A stretch of DNA of 64,000 nt from Octopus bimaculoides (lineage: Eukaryota): the NCBI RefSeq assembly GCF_001194135.2, contig NC_068995.1:13755407-13819406 (forward strand). The letters are read 5' to 3'. This document shows, in pieces, positions 11,904-22,695 of this stretch. The notes below the pieces were generated by a model, which saw only the letters and a program-made list of their open reading frames with translations, made no database searches and was not told where the DNA came from. A program made the translations under genes and the position numbers. Within the stretch, counting starts at the first letter, position 1. Each line of letters opens with the position of its first letter.

Positions 11904-14185
11904 GGCATTTCTAACATTCCATTTATTTTAAATATTCTTTGATGAAATAGTTATGTAATACTAATTGATTAAAAAGAGAATATTATTGTAAATTTTAACA
12001 TGGAATATTATATATAAAATAACATCAATGAGTTTTATCACCAACACATACACACAGTAAAATTCATTGTCTGAAAATAAGACATGGTGGTCATGGTTAG
12101 AATTTCACTGATCATCCAAGTATGTACATGGTTAGTCCAAATTACTCTGTAAGGATGACAGAGCTGGTTTCTTGGTTTCTCTGGCAAATATATTCCTCTG
12201 TGGATAGGATGCCAGTCTGTTACAGGATTACTCATCTTTAGCAGCTGAGTGGACTGGAGCAATGTGAATGAAGTCCAGGAATTGAAACTACAATCTTACA
12301 ATCATGAGTCCAATGTCCTAATCACAAAGCCATGTGCCTCCACTTAGGTATGTACATGACCACACATATTTCTCTGGGATGGAGTGGAGAGTACAGTTGA
12401 CATAATCATTCCCATCTAGAGACAAGATAACAAAGAAGCCTATCAAAAATAGTAGCTAAATCACACTCATATCACACCCTAGAAGGGTAGATCTGATAAA
12501 AAGAAGGGAAAAAAAATCAGAGATGGGTGTGACAAGAATGTCTTGGACCATAGGTCTCTGTGATTAGGGCTCACTTGGATTCAAAGAACAAAAACATCAA
12601 GAAGAGTTGGGAGAAACATCTCTGACCATGATGGTGAAAGAACTGAAACATTTGCCAGCACTCGCTTTTGTGTGGTAAACGCCAGTAGACAATAACATTA
12701 GCAAGATGGTTAATTGAAATGTTATTGAAGTATTCAAATATCAATGGTTTTGTTTTGTTGTTGGTTTTTCTCTGTCAAGCTTTCAAAACTCATCTCTTTA
12801 TTTCAGCTAGAAATAACACATGCACACACATACACACACCAATAAATTAAACATTATACTGCATAGTAAAATTAATACAACATGCCAAATAGTCACAAAA
12901 CAATTTACACACACACACACACACTCTTTATCAATATAACAACTTCCTCTCATGTAATATTAATATTTGTGGTTTATCTGATGTTCATATCTGATTTGAA
13001 TGAAGGTCAAACACTTCTCAACATCTATTAAAAAAACAAAAACACAGTAAAAACACAACTGTTTCAGCTTTTTGTTTTTTTTTTAAGCTGATAAAATCTA
13101 AGAATTATAATAAATAACCAAGGTATGAAAAGAAAGAAAAAAAAGAGAAGGGGAATCATTGTATTCCTTCAAAGTTTTTCATTTGTTACTGATGTCTTTT
13201 AAAGATACTCGACACATTCAGTGTGATAAGCCATACATGTGCATATGTATCATCATCAGCATTGTCATCATTTAATGTCTACTTCCCATGCTGGCATGGG
13301 TTGGACGGTTTGATGGGATTCAATGAGCTGCAGGACTGTGTTGAGCATCAATATTAGCGGGTGTAAGGCCAGTTGCAACTGTTGAAAAGTTAAAGTATGA
13401 TAGAGGGACAGGCATAGAGGAGATTCATCATCATCATCATTTAATGTCCACCTTCCATGCTGGCATGGGTGCAAATTCTTATGTATGTGTGTGTGTGTAA
13501 ATATATATAAAAGGTAAGCTGGCAGAAATTGTTTGCACACTTGACAAAATGCTTAACAAACGAGGCAGGTAATCACGTTTACTTCCTGTTAAAAAGGAGA
13601 GGTCAGAAGACAGCCAGGACTTTGCGTGGATAGTACCAAAATATGAGAGGGAGCTGCATAGGGTGCGGACCATTCACCACCTACCTTTGAACAATCGAGG
13701 ACTGGACATGAAATTCTTTTGGTATTATACCTGTTGTTACATAATTTCAATCTTTGAATATTAATTCCCTGTTTGAACAATTTCTGTTGTTGCGATCAGA
13801 AGTTTACCCCTTTTATACACAAGAATTTGCCTGATTGTAACAACACACACACACATACATATACATGCTGGTGTGTGTTGCGACTAAGTTTATATTTCGC
13901 CTTGTCTTTACAAGCTGATTGTGAAGAAAAAGCCCTGTCATTGATAAAGACAGTGTCATTTGCAATCCTCTGCAAAATGCTTTTTGTTTGATAAACTAAG
14001 GGATTATTTATTATTACCTTGCTTGGAAACAAGAGACGGATGGTGTCTGGAAGGGCAAATGGTTGTAGAAAAAAATCTGCCCCAATGTAGTCTTGTCTGA
14101 CTAATACAGGCATGGAAAATTAGATTTAAAAATAAAACCAAATTGTAATAAAGATATAAAGCAATGGTAGAAAAAGTTTACTTAC

Positions 14186-14228
14186 CAGAATTGGAATCAG
14201 GAAAAGATAAATAACATATATTCATTTT
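14186..14228 (-). CDS. DENND6A: DENND6 coding exon 3 (KMNICYLSFPDSNS+G), 43 nt
   Basis: Acceptor tatttcttttcag and donor gtaagt. Phase 0-1. The peptide matches the recalled human KTNICYLSFPDSNS. Confidence 0.95.
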
Positions 14229-15026
14229 CTGAAAAGAAATACAGAAATAAAATAACTCATTATGTTCTCATGTATTTAATTTAAATATAAAATTTGGGAA
14301 ATGAAAACACTGCAGTTTTTATTGTAGATTTGTTATAGTTGTCTTGATAAAGGATGATTGTGTGGTTGAGAGGCATGCTTTGCAACCATGTGATTGCAGG
14401 TTCAGTCCCATACCACAACTTGGGTAAGTGTCTTTTACTATATCCCTGTCTCAACCAATGCCTTGTGAGTGAATTTGGTAGGTGGAAACTATGTGAAAAT
14501 CAATCACACACCACCATCATCCTTTAATGTCCGTTTTCCATGCCAGCATGGGTTGGACAGTTTGGTCAGAGCTAGGAAAGATGAGAGCTGCACCAGGTTC
14601 CAGTCTGATTTGGCTCAGTTTCTACAGCTTAATGTCGTTCTTAAAGCCAACCACTTGCTCTTAATGTGGCACCAACACAAGTGCTTTTATGTGGCACTGG
14701 CACACACCACACACACATGTATGTCTATGTCTGCATATATATCATTGTTCCTGTAGCTTAGCAGTTTGACAAAAGAGATCAATAGAATACAAAAAAGTAA
14801 GTACTGGGGATAATTTGTTTGATTAAAGTTTCAGGACAGTTCCCCATTCCGATAACTAAAACAAGTATAAGATAAATGGAATAGCAACAAACCGACAGTT
14901 AGAAGACCACACAAAAGAAAGGAAAAAAAAAATATCCAGTCTGATGGCAAAGACATACAGTTACATAGGAACAGAAATGACAGTACACTTTTATTTTAAA
15001 AACACTATTGTACTAGTCTGATATTT

Positions 15027-15215
15027 AGAGGTCCTCAACTGTTCAACTGCTTACCTAAAGAAGCCCGAAATATAAAAGGAACATCCACTGAAATAATCCA
15101 GAAAAATGTTGGATAAATTCATAACAGTGATACTGGACCAGTGAACCATTCAAAGATACCCTCAGGGAAGATCAGCAGTTACAAACTCAATCACAGACCC
15201 ACCTCTTGCTCTAAA
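15027..15215 (+). mobile_element. CR1-like LINE ORF2 C-terminal relic
   Basis: RGPQLFNCLPKEARNIKGTSTEIIQK, frameshift, then LDKFITVILDQ*...SAVTNSITD. This is the conserved CR1-group C-terminal pattern. Confidence 0.6.
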
Positions 15216-15723
15216 GCAATGACAAAACTGAGAGAAAATAGGTCAAGGAGGTGCTCCAGTATAGCCACAGTCCTACCACTGAAAAGAATCAACACCTACC
15301 AATCATCATCACCATCATCATTATCTCATCAGTCAAGATCAATGTCAAGGGAGCACTCAGTAAGCCACAGGAGAGCTTTCTGGCAAACATCTAATGTGTG
15401 TCTGAGAGCAGGGAAGGAAGGTTTTTTTAAATTTTTTTTTTAAATCAAATTCCCACTTAATCTTTATTTCATGGCTAAAGACATTTTGCTCACAAAAGCA
15501 GGAATCGTCTTAGTTATAAGTTTGATTGAATGATATTAATCAAGGTAAGCTGCTGTGTATTTTATCCCACCTCCTCTATCACATTAGTGAACAGCATGGT
15601 TGGCCTCTTCCCCCCCCCCATCACCCTCCACATAACACTAAGGAGCTTGTTTCCTAAATCTTTGATAAATTATTTCTGTGACAAGGAGTCCTGCTCTGTT
15701 CCAACAGAGTTGTCTAGGATTAA

Positions 15724-15915
15724 GGAGCAGCAGTAATGAAGAAGACAACGAAAAGAAGAAAGAGAAGGAAAAGAAGATGAAGAAAAAAGCGAAGAAGGAG
15801 AAGAAAAAGAAGATGGTGGCAAAGAATATGCAGAAGAAGACAACAATGACAACAAAGAAGACTACGATGATGACGACGGAGAAACTGCTGCTGCCAACAA
15901 TGACATCAATGATAG
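15724..15915. repeat. Degenerate trinucleotide (GAA/GAT/GAC) purine-rich low-complexity tract
   Basis: Triplet-periodic gaagaa/gatgac runs. Confidence 0.8.
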
Positions 15916-18709
15916 GGAAAGCCTCTTATCAGTCACTTGATCTGCTAGAAATAGCAACGAAATCTCCCTAAAATTGCACTGTAATGCCTTGAAAAAGGGC
16001 ACAGAATATATGCGTCTAGATTTGCACATAAGTCATGATGGTCTTTCATAAAGTTTACGAAACCAGTGTTAATCTGGGGCTGAGCAGCAACAATGACTAG
16101 CTGCAATTATATTTCTCTTTTATTGCATCTTTCTCTCAAGACATGTCAAATAATATATCTCTAGACAAACAGTATCTGATAAAAAAAAAAAAAAAAGCAA
16201 TGGTGGTCATGGCTGGAATAACTTTGATCATAGCTTGGTTGAATCAGGGCTGACTAGGATATAAACAACTCCAACAATAACCAATGAAACCAGTTGCAAA
16301 AATATAGAACTAAAGCCCAGTTATCCGAGCTCCAAACCATCTAAGACATTGACAAAGACACACTCATCATCATCATTTTAAAGATCTGGTACTGGTGCCA
16401 CATAAAATACACTGGTGCTGGTGTCAAAACAAAAAGCACTTGTGCAGGTACCATTTTCTAATCACACCAGTTCTTCTGCACTCAGAACCTACAATATCAT
16501 ATTTCTTATTTCAACCTCATGCTGTCTGCCCTGTGCACAGAAACCATGAAACATTTTTGTCACTAATACAAAGAAGTCAAGAGTTCTAAGAACTTCTTTC
16601 ACTTAGTTCTTCTGTCTCTTATTTATTTTGGTCATATTCGCTATACAACTGTATGGTTAACAAGTCTGCTTTGAAGCACATCATCACATCTTGGGCAAAT
16701 GTTTTCTATTTAGACTTGTAGTACATTTTGGTAGACAGAAAGGCATGAAAGTTCATTGTGTATATATGCATGTGTGAGAGAGAGAGAATGTTTGTGTATG
16801 AGTGTATGCATGTTAGCCCAGATCAAGCAGGCTTCCCTTTTTAAAACAGCAGATTGTGATTTGAAGGAAATTTGGCTGCTAATTCTAGTAGGTTAAGCAC
16901 TCTGTAATGGTTCCTTTTTGGCTCAAAGAATATTTGATTAAATGTTTTGCAAAGGAAGTGATTTTATCAGTAATAGACTTTAAAAATTAGAGAAGTAATT
17001 TCTTTTAATGAAATCATCTTAATGAGGAACCTTCTACAAGCTAATGACAAAATCACAAGCAGATGCTCATTCTACTAGAAATAATAGTCAAATCTCCCTC
17101 AGATCATGTCTTCCTGTCTTGAAAAAGAAATGCTGTATGTATTTTTTAATACACATTTCAAAAAAAAAAGGAAAAAGAAAAAGACAGGATAATTTGGGAC
17201 TAAACAACAACAACAACACTCATCAATGATTTAATGATTTATAAAAAAAAAAAATGTTAGAGATAAAAGATACTGTAAGTAAAAACTATGAAATTATGAA
17301 GGTTTTGTATTTTGAAAGTAAAAAGTACAAGTTATTTCAATGTTATATAATTATTAGAATGATCAACGTGCTGTATCATAAATCACAGTGATTTGTGAGA
17401 AAAACATTAGTTTTAATCCAAATGTTAGCATTATAGGCACGTATTGGACTTTAAAATATGCATATGGCGATAGTTGTAGCATTAATAAGCATCAGTCTTC
17501 CTCTTGTAGTCAGAAGTTTAACAATAAAAGTACAGGCACTGTGTCACTGTAAGAGAGTGACCCACTTAAGTTATAAATCATTCAATGATCATTAACTATT
17601 TACATTTATTTACACAGTCTAAGATGATGGATGATAAGAACTAGGTGAACAAAAATGTTTTAGAATGATTGAGAATTAATTATAAGAAGGATTGACTATA
17701 GAGAGCAAGAGAGAGACAAAGAAGATTAAAGATAATTGATGCAAAATCTTCACTGCTGCTTTTTATGGTACAGGTGTTAAAGATGCTGTAATGGCATCTT
17801 TAACAAACATAATTAGTAAATACTTAAGTAGTTATTCTAGAGCTGAAAAAGAGCTAAAACTAGACAGCTTACAGAACATCTCAGTAGACAGACAGTAAGT
17901 AATACTGATGGTAAAAGTACAATGAGAAACAAGAGAGAAATGAGAAGAATTTTTAAGAGAAAAGATACAAGTTTGCCTAGTCTGTTGGATGATGTAAGGT
18001 AGAAAGTAAAAATATAATGATAAATTGGGAAACAGCCCAGAAAGTGTTTGAATATGTTAAGGAGAAAAGGATAAGAGGAGGCCTTGAATTAAAGTTATCA
18101 TCCTGTGAGCACAATGATGCTGAAATCCTTAAATGCCATAATTAGAAGAACATTACGTATGAAATGTGTAATGCAATGAGTGACTGCTGAACATATTCTC
18201 TTTTCTCTTGTATTTCTTTCAGCCGTTGAACTATAGCCATGCTGGGGCAACACCTTGAAGCAGTGTTTCACAACCTTTTTACCCTTGTGTAACCCTTAAG
18301 ATGAATTATATGTCTCAAGGAACCCCTGCACAAAANNNNNNNNNNNNNNNNNNNNNNNNNNNNNNNNNNNNNNNNNNNNNNNNNNNNNNNNNNNNNNNNN
18401 NNNNNNNNNNNNNNNNNNNNNNNNNNNNNNNNNNNNNNNNNNNNNNNNNNNNNNNNNNNNNNNNNNNNNNNNNNNNNNNNNNNNNNNNNNNNNNNNNNNN
18501 NNNNNNNNNNNNNNNNNNNNNNNCCTGTTCATCGGACATTCTAACAAAACTGTCCGATGAACGGGAACGTGAAACTCAGAGTAACGGTTTTTTTGTTATA
18601 TTTCTGCTGCTTTTAAATAAAGTATATATATATATATATATATATATGGTTGCTATATTGTTTTGATAACATAAGTTAGATAGGATGATGTCTATATTAC
18701 AATGATATA

Positions 18710-18740
<31 letters not shown>

Positions 18741-18766
18741 TTGTACCCCACCACCACTTGACAACC

Positions 18767-18861
18767 AATAGCTTACGAAGAGAATGTTCACACACACACA
18801 CACACACAGGCACATGCATATTTTTGTTTAGATTTTAATTATTTAACTAATTTCTGGGTAA
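18767..18861 (+). repeat. 95-bp direct repeat, second copy at 21227-21321
   Basis: aatagcttac...gagaatgttc(ac)n...atgcatatttttgtttagattttaattatttaactaatttctgggtaa occurs at both sites with about 5 differences. Confidence 0.9.
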
Positions 18862-19267
18862 GTTTGCTTATATTCATATAACTTTGCAGTTCAGCAAAGG
18901 GCACTGACAGAATAAGTACCAGGTTTATTGAAATAAATACTGGGATCGATTTATTTCAGTAAACCTTTTAAAGCCTTCAAGGTGGTGCCCCAGCATGGCT
19001 GCAGTTAAAGACGGAAATGAGTAAAAAAGAACCAATACTCAAAACACAAATAAATAAATAAATAAAGAGTAGGAAATGTTGTTGTTGTTTAGCCCTAGGC
19101 TAGCTCTGGTTGACCAGAGATATTGTGAAATGTATTCCAGCTGTGGCCATCCATTCTTTTCTATATATGGAGAGTTATATTATCCAATAAGGATTTCATT
19201 TTTTAATGGTAAAGTATAACTTGAGGGATTATTTGGCTGCTATTTCTAGCAGTTTAACTCTCTAGCA

Positions 19268-19923
19268 AAGTGGTTTGCAATCATTTTTATCTATTAACCC
19301 CTTTGGTTACTATTTTACTCTGGTGGACACCTCCCATAGCCATTTGATGTTTAAAAACTAATTTTGTAGATACTTCTCTCAAAACTTCAATTTCGTGCAC
19401 CCTTTTCAAGCCTAGCCAGGCTCATGGGCCCGGTTTCCCGGTTTCTATGGCGTATGTGTTCCACCCAGCTGGACGGGACGCCAGTCCATTGCAGACGTAC
19501 TCAAGAAACAGGAAGAGAGAGTCAGAGAAAGTTGGGGCAAAAGAGTACAACAGGGGTCGCCACCACCCTCTGCCGGAGCCTCGTGGAGCTTTTAGGTGTT
19601 TTCGCTCAATAAACACATACAATGCCCGGTTTGGGAATCGAAACTGCGATCCTCCGACTGCGAGTCCGCTGCCCTAACCACTGGGCCATTGCACCTCTCT
19701 CAAAACTACTATTTTGTTTATCACACATTCACTCATGTAGGTTGAACTATGTAAAATGTTAGAGAAAGAAACCTGTTTCTTGCAAATAAATACACTTATA
19801 GCAAAATCTTTTGATGCATTTTAAAAAAAACACGGAGATCCAATTTTCTATTTTGCTTATGTGGATCTCCAGAAATCATATAGGGACCCTCAGGGGTTAT
19901 ATGGACCCAGTTGAGAAACACTG
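19268..19923. mobile_element. hAT-like MITE with a nested SINE
   Basis: 8-bp TSD ctctagca (19260-67)/atctagca (19924-31). Right terminus gttgagaaacactg. Interior similar to the 29390-29641 element. Confidence 0.65.
19387..19695 (-). mobile_element. tRNA-headed SINE, family C (family-B head, different tail), with 12-bp TSD
   Basis: TSD tctctcaaaact at 19375-86 and 19696-707. Head and middle are shared with family B; the 3' about 110 nt are unrelated. Confidence 0.8.
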
Positions 19924-22472
19924 ATCTAGCAGATTGCAGGGATAGTCTTGTTCTATGTAGTACAAACAGGTTAGGCAATGTCGTTTGGCAGTGATCAGCA
20001 CTTTCAGATAATAATGTTTAGTTAATTAAACATGGTTGGTTCAATATTTGATTAAGTAAAGCATAAGAAAAAAATAGAATGAAATAAACAATAGAGAAGA
20101 AGAAATGGTAAAATGTAAAAATTCCATCACCACCAACACCATCATTTTAATGTCCTCTTTTCCGGCTTTTTTCAGGTACAATGTATCCTAGGTTACATAT
20201 GCAAGGTGTGCTTTCCCAGTTTGAGAGGCAGGGTTTGATTCAAGTGAGATTTAGTTGCTATTTAGTAAAAGAATGAGCTGCTACATAGATGCTTCTTCAC
20301 TGTCTCAAGACAATAGGATGTGAGGGAGATTTGGCTGCTATTTTACAGCAGGACAAGTGATTACATTGAAGCACCCTCGTTGTCTCAAGATAACAGGGAG
20401 TGATTTGAGGGAGGTTTGGTTGCTACTTCTAGCAGGTTGAATGACCAAGAAGAGGCTACCTCGCAGACTCATGTTCTGAGTTCAAATCTTACCAAGGTTA
20501 ATTTTGCTTTTCAAACTTTTGAGGGCCAATAAAATAAAAATACCAGACAAATACTAAGGTCAATGTAATTGACATTCTGAGTTCAAATTCCACCAAAGTT
20601 GACTTTCCTTTTCATTTTTTGGGGGTTGATAAAATAAGTCCCACTTGAGTACTACAGGGGTCAATGTAATCAGCTATCTGCCTCCCACAAAATTCCAGGC
20701 CTTGTGCCTATATTAGAAACAGATATTGTTATTGTTGTTGCTGTTCTTGTTTTAAGAGTGGTGGTTTAGCAGAATAGAGTGCTGGAAAGAATACCTAGCA
20801 GTATCTGTTCCACTTACAAAGGTCAACTTTGCCTTTGATCCTTTCAGGGTCGATAAAATAAAGTACCAGTCAAGTACTAGGATTTGATGTAATCAACTTG
20901 CCCCTTCCTCTCATAATGCTTGGCTTTCACTTTGAAGTAGAAACGTTCATTATTACCATTATTGTTGTTTTACCTAGCCTAGGTTCCAATTTCTAGTTGA
21001 AGCTTTCGGCATAACTTGTAGAAAAATTCCACCTGCACTTTTTAAACAATTAGATGGCATTTCTTTCATTTACATAGGGTCATGATCAATATATTTATAG
21101 ATTTAAGCCACTGAAGGTAGCTTAACAGATAATCCTGCCAGACAGGTTTTCTTTTAGAATAAATTAAGCCAAATGCAAATATAGCGTCATTTTCATAGCG
21201 TTACAATTTAAAATTCTGAACATCTGAATAGCTTACAATGAGAATGTTCACACACACACACACACACACACACATGCATATTTTTGTTTAGATTTTAATT
21301 ATTTAACTAATTTCTGGGTAAATTTAGAAAGCACTAAAGTTAAAAGTGGGATGAGAGGACAAGTATTTGTGGCGTTCATGCCTTTTTGTAAAGTTAAAAA
21401 CACAAGAAATAAAAAAACTGCATCTAAGACAAACCAAAGAAAATAAAGTTGCTTAGTTTGCAAGAAATAGCAGCAAATTCTCCTTTGATTTACATCCTAC
21501 TAATTTTATAAAAAAGAAAAAGGGGCATACTTAGAAAATGTGCCTCAAAAGAAGAGACGGCCATGGTTAGGATGTCTCTAATCTGAACTCTGATCAGGGC
21601 TGACAACAATAACAGTTGGACTCCAGATGTGTAAATGAGGGAACCTGTGAATGTTTGCTTGACTTGCATGAAATAGGACTCAAATTTTCCTCAAATTAAA
21701 TCCTATTGTTTTAAACAAGGAACAACACACTGGACAGTATAGTGTCTGATATACAACAACAATAATCTTTTCTACTAAAGGTACAAAGCCTGAATTTTTT
21801 TAAGGGAGGGGGGGTTAGCCAATTACATCCACCCCAGTGCTTGACTGGTACTTATTTCACTGGCCCTAAAAGGACAAAAGGCAAAGTCAGCCATGGCAAC
21901 ATTTGAACTTGGAACATAAAGATGGACAAACTGCTTAGCAGCATTTTGTCTGGATTACTAATGATTTTGCCAGCTTGCTGTTTTAATAATAATAATAAAA
22001 ACAATAATAATAATGATAATAAATGTTCATAACTGGAACACTTTTGATGAAAATAAGCAGTGTTCTCTTTAGGTTTTTGCTATATGTGTAAAAATTTGCT
22101 TATGTGCAAAATTTCTTTGCAAAGTATAAGTGCATTCATGCAAGTAACCATGATCAATTAAAAAAAATTATTTCAACTTGAAAACCTTGTGCATGCACAC
22201 TTTATCCTTTATGCACTAGTTGCAAAACATGTATGTGCATATACAAGCACACAGCTTAGAGGTAACATTGGTACATTGATTTTAGGTCACTTTGATCAGG
22301 ATTGACCTAGGGTCAACCAACAACTACTGAATACTGAGTGTTATCAAGAGCATAATAGTGAGTAACCACTTTCAGTTAAAAAAAAATCTGAGATGAGGGG
22401 GAACAAAAAACAGGACTTCAGAGGACTCAGTCAAAGTGTGCAATATTGTGTTGTTATGAATGTATTTTGTAC

Positions 22473-22695
22473 ATGAAGGATAACAATTGGGCAAAGGAGT
22501 GCCAAACAATCGAAGATGAAAGATCCTGTAGAAGACCAAAGAAGATGCGGTAAGAAGAGGTGAAGGCTGATCTCAGGAGGATGAATCTCAAAATGGAAAT
22601 GAGAAGAGACAAAGGCATGAAGAATGATGCTGCTAAAAAAAAAAAAACCTGTCCAACCCATGCCTACATAGGAAACAGATTTAAGATGATGATGA
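22473..22695 (+). mobile_element. RTE LINE 3' end with (GAT)n tail
   Basis: MKDNNWAKECQTIEDERSCRRPKKMR*EEVKADLRRMNLKMEM (the RTE C-terminal GRPxKTW...DL pattern), then gtccaacccatgc...ttaagatgatgatga. Confidence 0.65.
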
